From Chloroflexota bacterium (lineage in GTDB: Bacteria > Chloroflexota > Anaerolineae > Aggregatilineales > Phototrophicaceae), in contig VXLV01000115.1 in assembly GCA_009841405.1 (NCBI GenBank), forward strand, positions 3,630 through 67,629: 64,000 nucleotides of DNA, given 5' to 3'. Of the stretch, positions 54,128 to 61,606 are shown one piece after another. Below the pieces are notes generated by a model, which was not told where the DNA came from, did not search any database, and saw nothing but the letters and a program-made list of their open reading frames with translations. Positions within the stretch are counted from its first letter, which is position 1, and each line of letters starts with the position of its first letter. The position numbers and the translations under genes are program-made.

Positions 54128-55845
54128 TGTCGCTACGCTCTGTCTGGATCCTGGCGGCCGCGATTGCGCTGGGCGCATGCAGTGGCCTGGGCGGCGAGCC
54201 TGAAATCGCAGCGACGGCGCCGCCGGCTACTGAGATAGCTGCGGTCGGCGATTGGCGGCCCGATATCGACGCGGGCGCGCGGATCTTCCGGGAGCGCTGC
54301 AGCGAGTGTCATGGCATCAGGGGCGATGGCTGGGGCGAGCTGGTTCGGGCCGGCAGCGTCGAGCGCCCGCTCGACATGACGGATCGCGCCCTGGTCGCGG
54401 CCAAGTCGCCGCTGGAGTGGTTTGAAGTGATTACTAAAGGGCGCATCGAAAATCTGATGCCGCCCTGGGAAAACGCGCTCAGCGAAAAACAGCGCTGGGA
54501 TGTGACGCTCTACAGCTATACGCTGGCTTACAATGTGGAACTGTTGGCGGCAGGCCAAGCGCCGTGGAGCGAACGCTGCGCGGATTGCGCGCTGCCGACG
54601 GCGATACCGCCGGTCTTCAGCGACCTGGCATACGGCGCGCATTTGAATCGCGAATTCTTTGGCGGCGCGCTGGGCGAAGAGGAAGTCGGCGCGGCCGCGG
54701 CCTACGCGCGGATGAGTTGGCTGGAGCGAGAGGCGGCGTCCGCGCAAATCGAAGCGCCGACGGGCGAGATTCGCGGTCAAGCGCGGCATGGAACGGCGGG
54801 CGGCAGCGTGCCGGCGGGCACAAAGATTCAACTGCGTTTTGGCAGCCCGGCGGCAGGCTATACCGTGAGAGAGACGACGATTGACGCGGACTTGCGCTTC
54901 AGCCTGCCGGATATCCCGTGGCGGGAAGACTTCAGCTATGTCGTGGGCGCGGTCTACAAAGGACGGCTGTTCAGCCGACGGCTGCCACATTTTCCGACGG
55001 CCGAGCAGACGCTGACGATTTATGACGAGACGACGGACCCGCTGGCAGTCGATGTAGCGCGCATCGACATGTTCGTCGAAGCGGTCACAACCGAGGATTG
55101 GGGCGCGGGCCTGTACGTTTCGCAGTTCGTCGGCTTCCGCAATGCCTCGGACCGCCTCTATACCAGCGGCCGCGCCTTTGACGACGGGCGGGAGGCGGTG
55201 CTGTTGCTGCCCTTCCCGCGGGGCGCGCGCCTGCTCAGCGACGATCAAGGCGGGCGCTTTGTGCTGATCGAAGATTTGGACGACTTGCCGAACTCCGTCA
55301 TTGATACGCTGCCGGTGGCGCCGGGCGCTGACCACCAAATCGCGCTGGAGTATTTTCTGCCCTATAAGGACGGGCTGGACTTTCAGCAGGAGTTCAGCAA
55401 TCAGCTGGACGCCAAGGTGACGGTTACGCTTTCGGATAGCTTGACCGTCACGGGCGGCGCATTTCTGGCGGAGCGCGATAGTCCGGCGGCGGATGGGGCG
55501 CGGGTATACGCGGGCCGACTGACGCTGGATGAGGAACCGCGACTGGCCTTCCGCATCGGCGGCGATCCATTCGCGACAAGCAGCGTCGACCCGCAGATCG
55601 TCACCGGAGATGTCTTGCCGGGGCTGGTCGCGGGCGCGGCCGCGCTCCTCATCGCCGCGCTCTTCGGTCTGGGCCGGCTTAATCGGGCGCGAGGGCGCAG
55701 CGCGAGTGAGATTGACCGCCTGGTCGCTGAGCTGGCGCGGCTGGATGCCGACCACGATCAGGGTCGGATTAACCATGATCTGTATCATCACCGGCGGCGC
55801 GAGCTCAAGGCGAAGCTGGCCGAGCGAATGGACGCGGCAGAATAG
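54127..55845 (+). CDS. Lipoprotein-like cytochrome c domain protein with a large unknown domain and a C-terminal TM plus CcmI-like helix
   Basis: Signal/lipobox-like MSLRSVWILAAAIALGAC, heme motif CSECHGIRGDG, a ~400-aa unassigned region, a C-terminal TM helix (LVAGAAALLIAALFGL), then EIDRLVAELARLDADHDQGRINHDLYHHRRRELKAKL. Confidence 0.65.
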   Translation: MSLRSVWILAAAIALGACSGLGGEPEIAATAPPATEIAAVGDWRPDIDAGARIFRERCSECHGIRGDGWGELVRAGSVERPLDMTDRALVAAKSPLEWFEVITKGRIENLMPPWENALSEKQRWDVTLYSYTLAYNVELLAAGQAPWSERCADCALPTAIPPVFSDLAYGAHLNREFFGGALGEEEVGAAAAYARMSWLEREAASAQIEAPTGEIRGQARHGTAGGSVPAGTKIQLRFGSPAAGYTVRETTIDADLRFSLPDIPWREDFSYVVGAVYKGRLFSRRLPHFPTAEQTLTIYDETTDPLAVDVARIDMFVEAVTTEDWGAGLYVSQFVGFRNASDRLYTSGRAFDDGREAVLLLPFPRGARLLSDDQGGRFVLIEDLDDLPNSVIDTLPVAPGADHQIALEYFLPYKDGLDFQQEFSNQLDAKVTVTLSDSLTVTGGAFLAERDSPAADGARVYAGRLTLDEEPRLAFRIGGDPFATSSVDPQIVTGDVLPGLVAGAAALLIAALFGLGRLNRARGRSASEIDRLVAELARLDADHDQGRINHDLYHHRRRELKAKLAERMDAAE

Positions 55846-55854
55846 TTGCCACCG

Positions 55855-56574
55855 ATGGATAGCGACGCGATCATTGAAGTCAATCGGCTGAGCAAGGCTT
55901 ACGGCCTGTTGCCCGTTTTGCGGGGCGTGGACTTCAGCATCGACCGGGGCGAATGGGTTTTGCTCTTTGGCGCCAACGGCAGCGGCAAGTCGACGCTGCT
56001 GCGCTTGCTCAGCGGGCTGAGCAAGCCGAGCGCGGGCAGGATCCGCATCGGCGGCTGGGAGCTGCCGCGCGAGGCGATGGCGGTGCGCGCCCAGTGCGGC
56101 CTGGTGGCGCATCGTCCCCTGCTGTACGAGAACTTGACCGCCGCCGAGAACCTCGACTTCTTTGGCAAGCTGTACGGCTTGGCAGCGGACGAACGGGCAC
56201 AGCGCGGCCGCGATTTGCTGCGGCAAGCAGGATTAGCCAAGAGCGCCGAGCGAATCGTGCGGACCTTCTCGCGCGGGATGAAGCAGCGGCTCAGCATCGC
56301 CCGCGCCACGCTGCATCAGCCGGAAATCCTGCTCCTGGACGAACCCTATAGCGGGCTCGATCAGGCCGCTTGCCAAAACCTGGATGAAATGCTGGCGGTG
56401 GCACAGGAAGCGGGACGCACGATCTTACTGAGCACACACCAGTTGTCGCGCGCGCCGGCGGCTGCCGGGCGCGCTCTTGTGCTTTCCGGCGGAAGGATTG
56501 CGTACGACGGCGCCAGCGACCCGGGCAATCTGGCCGAGCTTTATGTGGAAGCGGCGGGCGCGACAAGCCTATGA
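55855..56574 (+). CDS. ccmA: Heme exporter ATP-binding protein CcmA
   Basis: Walker A GANGSGKST, signature-like FSRGMKQR and Walker B ILLLDEP. Followed by ccmB with an ATGA overlap. Confidence 0.88.
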   Translation: MDSDAIIEVNRLSKAYGLLPVLRGVDFSIDRGEWVLLFGANGSGKSTLLRLLSGLSKPSAGRIRIGGWELPREAMAVRAQCGLVAHRPLLYENLTAAENLDFFGKLYGLAADERAQRGRDLLRQAGLAKSAERIVRTFSRGMKQRLSIARATLHQPEILLLDEPYSGLDQAACQNLDEMLAVAQEAGRTILLSTHQLSRAPAAAGRALVLSGGRIAYDGASDPGNLAELYVEAAGATSL

Positions 56575-57242
56575 TGACGCCCTTTCTGGCATGCGTGCTG
56601 GCCATCATTGCCAAGGACCTGCGCGCCGAGTTCCGATCGCGCGAGCTCTTGAGCGTGATGGCGCTATTCGCTTTGCTGAGCGTGCTGGTCTTCAGCTTCG
56701 CGCTGGAGCTGGACCGCGAGGCGCGGGCGGAGGCGGTCAGCGGCGTGCTGTGGGTTACGCTGATCTTCGCGAGTCTGCTGGGGCTGAACCGCAGTCTGGC
56801 GCAAGAGAGCGACCAAGGCAACCTTGACGCGCTGCTGCTTGCGCCGGTGTCGCGCTCGGCTATATTCGCGGGCAAGTTCGCGGGCAACGCGCTGTTTACG
56901 GGCGCGGTCGGCTTGGCGCTGCTGCCTCTGATGACCGTGCTCTACAATATCAATATGGTAGCGCCCGGCGTGATCGTCACGACCGTCGTTGGCACGGTCG
57001 GGCTTTGCTCCATCGGCACGCTGCTGGCGACCATGACTGCGCAGACGCGGGCGCGGGAAGCGCTGCTGCCGATCGCGCTGCTGCCAGTTGCCCTGCCCTT
57101 TCTGCTGACTGCGGTACGGGCGACCAAGGGCGCCTTGAATGGCGCGCCGGAGTGGCAAGTGTGGCTGCAACTGTTGGCCGGAATTACCGTAATTTATGTG
57201 GTATTGTGCTTGTTGCTCTACGGTTATGTCGTGGAAGAGTGA
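56571..57242 (+). CDS. ccmB: Heme exporter membrane protein CcmB
   Basis: 223-aa six-TM protein between ccmA and ccmC. IIAKDLRAEFRSRE N-terminus is typical of CcmB. Confidence 0.88.
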   Translation: MMTPFLACVLAIIAKDLRAEFRSRELLSVMALFALLSVLVFSFALELDREARAEAVSGVLWVTLIFASLLGLNRSLAQESDQGNLDALLLAPVSRSAIFAGKFAGNALFTGAVGLALLPLMTVLYNINMVAPGVIVTTVVGTVGLCSIGTLLATMTAQTRAREALLPIALLPVALPFLLTAVRATKGALNGAPEWQVWLQLLAGITVIYVVLCLLLYGYVVEE

Positions 57243-57380
57243 AGGCGAAAGATTCGACTTTGCCGAAAAAATTCGCGATTGCTGCCACGGACTCCGGCCT
57301 TACGCTTGTAACTATGCTTTATAGAATTTTGTAGGTATATTAAGATTTTGGTTGTATTGGCAGAAGGAGGGAAGCAGGCT

Positions 57381-58112
57381 TTGCCAAAACACGTTGAGCT
57401 TGATGCCTCGCCGCAGCCGACGTTGCTGCGGGCGCTGACGCTGCTGACTGGCCTGGGTTTTCTGGCGACGCTGTACCTGGGCTTGTTCGTGGCGGGCACT
57501 GACATTCAACAGGGCGAAATCCAGCGAATATTCTATATTCACATGCCCTCGTTTTTCGGCGCGTTCACGGCGTTCGGCGCGACTGTGGTCGGCGGCATGC
57601 TGTACCTGGCGCGGAAGCAAGCGGCTTGGGACCGGATTGCGCTGGCCGGCGCGGAAGTTGGGCTAGCCTTCGCTCTGATCAACTTGCTCACGGGGGCGGT
57701 ATGGGCGCGCCCGATCTGGAATACCTGGTGGACATGGGACCCGCGCTTGACGTCAGCCGCCGTGATGTGCCTGATCTACGCCGCGTATTTGATGCTGCGC
57801 GCCGGCATCGACGACTCAAACCAAAAGCGCAATTTCATGTCGGTCTACGGTATCTTTGCCTTTGTCAGCGTGCTGACCACGCTATTCATCATCCGCATTG
57901 TACCGGAGACGATTCACCCGGTCATCGTCGGCGCCAGTCCGCAGAACGCGCAGGGCAGCTTTGAAGCCACGAGCGGCGTATTCATGGCGCTGGCGCCGAG
58001 CATGCTGCTGTGGCTTACGCTGATGCCAGCGACGCTGATCTGGCATCGCTATCGACTGGAGACGCGCCGGGAAGCGCTGGAGCGGTTGAAGTTCCAGGCG
58101 CTTGGCGATTAA
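57381..58112 (+). CDS. ccmC: Heme exporter protein CcmC
   Basis: WWD motif WARPIWNTWWTWDPRLTS and conserved His in IFYIHMP. I chose the TTG at 57381, 9 nt after GGAGGG; the ORF is open from 57348. Confidence 0.9.
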   Translation: MPKHVELDASPQPTLLRALTLLTGLGFLATLYLGLFVAGTDIQQGEIQRIFYIHMPSFFGAFTAFGATVVGGMLYLARKQAAWDRIALAGAEVGLAFALINLLTGAVWARPIWNTWWTWDPRLTSAAVMCLIYAAYLMLRAGIDDSNQKRNFMSVYGIFAFVSVLTTLFIIRIVPETIHPVIVGASPQNAQGSFEATSGVFMALAPSMLLWLTLMPATLIWHRYRLETRREALERLKFQALGD

Positions 58113-58115
58113 GAC

Positions 58116-58988
58116 ATGATGATGAAACTTGCAGGCCTAGCGTCTGTCCTGCTTTGCCTGCTGCTTATCAGCGGCGGCGCCGGCGGCAGCGATCACGACG
58201 AGACTGTGCCCTACCTTCGGACCGGCGGCTTTAACGTGCCCGTACTCGCGGGCTGGGAAAACCAGTCGACGGACGAGATCGCGCAATTCCATTTGGCCGA
58301 ACACAGCGCCACGATCCGCACGGCGATTGTAGCCCTTGACGATCCGTTGGCCGCCTCCCAAGCCGAACTAGCCAATTGGATTGACGCCGGGTCCGTCTCT
58401 CCCGTCTACAGCGGCAAAGTCAACCTGGCGGACGGGACCTGGCACGTGGCAATTTTTGAACCGGATGCCGATATATCGGTATCAATCATGGCTCGGCGCG
58501 TCGGCGAGCGGACTGTCGTAATCAGTTTCATCGAGCGCGATGAATCCAACCGGATTCTCATGCTAACGATGGCGCAGGAAGATGAATCACAGCGCCGCGC
58601 GCATACCGAACTGGTCGCGGCTACCGACTTGTTGATGTCGCCGCTGGCTGGCGAGCACGGCAGAGTCTCGGAGATCAAGCTCTCCAGCGGCGCGTGGGCG
58701 CTTTATCCTGGCGCGGGACACACCAGGATGGGCATGGTCTTTGGCAACGACAGCTTCCTGGCGCTGGCAAAAGGGCCAATCGGCGTCAAGCTAGCGACCC
58801 TGGCCGATGCTTACTTCACCGTGCTGCTGGGGTTCTTCATCACGCCGGACAACTCCGGTTACCTGGCGCTGGGCTTGGCGGCCGCCTTCGTCACCCTCGG
58901 CCTCCTGGTCTTCAGTTACTTCTGGCGCGCGCGCAGCTTGGACCAGGATGCGGCGCTGATCCGGCATCTGGCGCGGGCCGACGATTGA
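58116..58988 (+). CDS. Hypothetical exported protein with two C-terminal TM helices
   Basis: Signal-like N-terminus MMMKLAGLASVLLCLLLISGG, a ~210-aa soluble part and a C-terminal hydrophobic hairpin ending FWRARSLDQDAALIRHLARADD. Starts 3 nt after the ccmC stop. Confidence 0.5.
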   Translation: MMMKLAGLASVLLCLLLISGGAGGSDHDETVPYLRTGGFNVPVLAGWENQSTDEIAQFHLAEHSATIRTAIVALDDPLAASQAELANWIDAGSVSPVYSGKVNLADGTWHVAIFEPDADISVSIMARRVGERTVVISFIERDESNRILMLTMAQEDESQRRAHTELVAATDLLMSPLAGEHGRVSEIKLSSGAWALYPGAGHTRMGMVFGNDSFLALAKGPIGVKLATLADAYFTVLLGFFITPDNSGYLALGLAAAFVTLGLLVFSYFWRARSLDQDAALIRHLARADD

Positions 58989-59114
58989 CGCCTGGCCGCA
59001 GCGAATACAAGCTGGTTCAATTTCGCGGTCACATCCGCTGCCAGCCGCGCGCAACCATCTCTACTAGCGGGCGTATAGTGAATAAATGTCGGTATGCCGC
59101 ACAGGAGCGTAGGG

Positions 59115-59480
59115 ATGAGCGAAACGGTGAATCCGCTGCCGGAAGACCCGGAAGGCGACGAGAGCAAGAACCCGATGGAGCAATTTATCTTTCATCAGCG
59201 CCGCGGCCTGGAAGAATTCGGCAAGGCGATGGAATCTCTGCTGCCCCCGCGTTTCAAGGAGCATACGCAGGCAGCCGGCAACGAATTCGCCACTGGCTTC
59301 CGCGTACTGATCGACGCCGCGATCGATGAAATCAAGAAGGCCAGCGAAATGGAAGACCCCGACATGCAGCGGCAGGCTGAGCAGGAACGGCAAGCCAGCG
59401 CCAATCTGGCCGCGGAAGAAGAAACAGACGGAGAGACCGGCGGATCAAGCCGCAAGATTCGCGTCGAATTGGACGACTGA
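59115..59480 (+). CDS. Hypothetical small acidic protein
   Basis: 121-aa ORF with an AGGAG 7 nt before the ATG at 59115. Glu/Asp-rich; no family recognised. Confidence 0.4.
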   Translation: MSETVNPLPEDPEGDESKNPMEQFIFHQRRGLEEFGKAMESLLPPRFKEHTQAAGNEFATGFRVLIDAAIDEIKKASEMEDPDMQRQAEQERQASANLAAEEETDGETGGSSRKIRVELDD

Positions 59481-59619
59481 AGCGCTGGCTTGGGCGGGAC
59501 CGTTCCGCCTGCGGTTTTCCCAAATGCTGCATCTGTTCTTGCTGGCGGAGAACACAGCCACTTTCCACCAATCGCGACGTAGCTCCATCGTCACAAAAAG
59601 CTCTCCAATGTGAGGAAAT

Positions 59620-59691
59620 GTAGGGGCGACTTACCAAGTCGCCCGAACCGGCATCGCGGCGGATGCGGGCGAGCTGATAGCTCGCCCCTAC
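59620..59691. repeat. Inverted pair of REP-like elements (BIME-like)
   Basis: GTAG-GGGCGAC-TTACCAA-GTCGCCC (59620-59644) and GGGCGAGC-TGATA-GCTCGCCC-CTAC (59667-59691). The outer GTAGGGGCGA / TCGCCCCTAC ends are reverse complements. Confidence 0.8.
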
Positions 59692-59720
59692 AGGGCTTGC
59701 AAGGAATAGAGGCGACAGGC

Positions 59721-60917
59721 CTAGGAGACCTGGTCCTCAAAGCGGATGTTGAGGAATTTGTCTTCGAATTTCGCACTGGTGATTTCAAGATGCTGCAGTT
59801 CGTCGGGCAAAACGATATTGCGCCGGTAGGGGCCAACGCTAAGCGTGATCTCTTCGCGCGAACGAAAGAGGTCGAGTTGCTCTTTCTCAGCGAAGCCAAT
59901 GGGGACGCGCAGCATCCATTGCGAGTCGCCATCGAGTTGTTCCAGTTTGTGCACGACGCCATCAAATAGGCGTTCGGCCGGGTTACGGTCGCCGTAGAGC
60001 TCATCGGCCAGCCGGCGCAGCGTGTCGAGCCCGCCGACTTCTTCGCCGAAGAGAGGCGCTTTCAGCAGCGGCAAGCTGCCGAAGGCTTCGCGCACGAATT
60101 CGATGTTCTTCGCCTGGCGCTTCTTCCAGGTGGCGAAGAAGGGATCGGTGATTTCATCGGGGAATACGCGGTTGACCAGAATGGCGTCGGTGGCGTAGTC
60201 GTAGAGGTTGAGGTAGGTGTAGGTGCGCTGCGTCTCGCGGATGACCATGCGCTCGGGATTGACGACGAGGCGGATGCTGGCGCGCTCCGGGTCCGTGAGC
60301 AGCTCGCGCACGCCGTCGAGGGTATCGAAAAGCAGCTGCACCTGATCCCAGGCGTTTTCGGCGATGTCGATGCCGAGGTCGTTTTTCTTGCCGCGCGAGA
60401 GCAGCTTTTGCACCGGGCGGATGACGCTGTCGAGGCCGCGCGCGATGCGCATCAGGCGCTCAACCCACCAGCGCGTGACATCGGGCAGGCTGAGCAAGCG
60501 GATGGTTTCGGCCGTGGGCGCGGCGTCGACGATGAGGACGTCGTATTCGCCGGCTTGGAAATACTCGCTGATCCAGAGCAGTTGCGCGCCCTCTTCCAAG
60601 CCCGGGATGATGGTGACCTCGGCGGCGTTGACCTTGGCGATGCCCTCGCGGTTGAAGAAGGCGCCCAGGTATTCCTGGATTCTGCCCCAGTATTTCTGCA
60701 TGGAATAGCGGGTATCGACTTCTTGCGCCCAGAGGTTGTCGGCGATTTTCGTGGCTTCGGGGCCGACCTCGACATCAAGCGCGTCGCCCAGGCTGTGGGC
60801 AGTGTCCGTGCTGATGACGATGGTGCGAAGTCCCAGCTCGGCGCAGCGCAAGGCGGTCGCCGCTGAGATGCTCGTTTTGCCTACCCCACCCTTGCCGGTA
60901 TGCACAATGACGCGCAT
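59721..60917 (-). CDS. ArsA/Get3-family ATPase, single ATPase domain with a C-terminal HSP20-like domain
   Basis: Deviant Walker A HTGKGGVGKTSISAATA and an ArsA-type core. The C-terminal ~90 aa (WMLRVPIGFAEKEQLDLFRSREEITLSVGPYRRNIVLPDELQHLEITSAKFEDKFLNIRF) look like a small beta-sandwich. Confidence 0.85.
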   Translation of the reverse strand: MRVIVHTGKGGVGKTSISAATALRCAELGLRTIVISTDTAHSLGDALDVEVGPEATKIADNLWAQEVDTRYSMQKYWGRIQEYLGAFFNREGIAKVNAAEVTIIPGLEEGAQLLWISEYFQAGEYDVLIVDAAPTAETIRLLSLPDVTRWWVERLMRIARGLDSVIRPVQKLLSRGKKNDLGIDIAENAWDQVQLLFDTLDGVRELLTDPERASIRLVVNPERMVIRETQRTYTYLNLYDYATDAILVNRVFPDEITDPFFATWKKRQAKNIEFVREAFGSLPLLKAPLFGEEVGGLDTLRRLADELYGDRNPAERLFDGVVHKLEQLDGDSQWMLRVPIGFAEKEQLDLFRSREEITLSVGPYRRNIVLPDELQHLEITSAKFEDKFLNIRFEDQVS

Positions 60918-61048
60918 GGATTCACCTCTGATTGTCGTGTCGTGTTGAGTTGGTCAAGCTTGCGATGCCCATACCAGTATACGCAGGATGACGCCGAAAG
61001 GCGCGGGGAATTGCCCGGTAGCGGGGTGGAATCCCAGAAAACGGGGTC

Positions 61049-61078
61049 TTGACAAGACTAGAACAAACAATCTAGACT
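61049..61078 (+). promoter_or_regulatory. Sigma-70-type promoter candidate with an embedded inverted repeat
   Basis: TTGACA (61049-61054), 18-nt spacer containing CTAGA-N8-TCTAG, TAGACT (61073-61078). The VOC gene RBS AAAGGAG lies downstream. Confidence 0.4.
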
Positions 61079-61120
61079 GCGGGGGTTAACCATATAAGAT
61101 CGCGAAAAGGAGTGTACACC

Positions 61121-61492
61121 ATGCGTCCGATCGTTCATGTCGAGATAGCATCGGCGGAAAATGATGCGCAGAAGGCATTTTATAGCGCGCTGCTGGGCTG
61201 GCAGGTGAACGAAGTCCCGATGGGCGACGACTTCACCTACGTCATGTTCAACAACGGCACGGACACGAATGTGGCGCTGTCGCCGGTCGGCGAAGGCGTC
61301 AAGCCCGGCGATGTGATTCTGTATTTTCAGAGCGAAGATCTGGACGCGGATATGGCGCGCGTCAGCGAGCTGGGCGGGCAGGTGATTTTGCCGCGGCAGG
61401 AAGTGCCGGGCTTCGGCGCCCTGGGTATGTTCCTGGATCCGACCGGCAATCGCGTCGCCTTTTGGCAAGACATAGATACGATGCCGGGCTAG
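61121..61492 (+). CDS. VOC (glyoxalase/bleomycin-resistance/dioxygenase) family protein
   Basis: VHVEI...FYSALLGW...GGQVILPRQEVPGFGALGMFLDPTGNRVAFWQ is a typical single-module VOC fold. The ATG at 61121 lies 8 nt after AAAGGAG. Confidence 0.8.
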   Translation: MRPIVHVEIASAENDAQKAFYSALLGWQVNEVPMGDDFTYVMFNNGTDTNVALSPVGEGVKPGDVILYFQSEDLDADMARVSELGGQVILPRQEVPGFGALGMFLDPTGNRVAFWQDIDTMPG

Positions 61493-61512
61493 CGGCGGTG
61501 CAGTGGAAGCAA

Positions 61513-61537
61513 GGGCGACCCGATGGGTAGCCCCTAC
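61513..61537 (-). repeat. REP-like element, slightly degenerate (GGGCGACCC-GATG-GGTAGCCC-CTAC on the plus strand)
   Basis: Read directly. One arm mismatch relative to the copy 43 nt downstream. Confidence 0.7.
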
Positions 61538-61555
61538 GTTCATTTGCGATTCGGA

Positions 61556-61579
61556 GGGCGACCCAAGGGTCGCCCCTAC
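61556..61579 (-). repeat. REP-like element (GGGCGACCC-AA-GGGTCGCCC-CTAC on the plus strand)
   Basis: Read directly. Perfect 9-bp arms with a CTAC tail, which is a GTAG head on the minus strand. Confidence 0.8.
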
Positions 61580-61606
61580 ATTTTCGTCCGTTGAGAAGGT
61601 GACAGA

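Noticed and set aside
54133-56226. 697-aa minus-strand ORF, the longest antisense ORF in the window
   Set aside because: It runs antisense to the cytochrome c lipoprotein gene and ccmA. The composition is Arg/Ala/Gln-rich and low in complexity, with no start context or motifs. The plus-strand genes are translationally coupled and motif-supported.
59721-60917. Arsenite-efflux ArsA as part of an ars operon
   Set aside because: It has a single ATPase domain rather than a duplicated ArsA, and no arsR, arsB, arsC or arsD genes are in the neighbourhood. It is called only as an ArsA/Get3-family ATPase.
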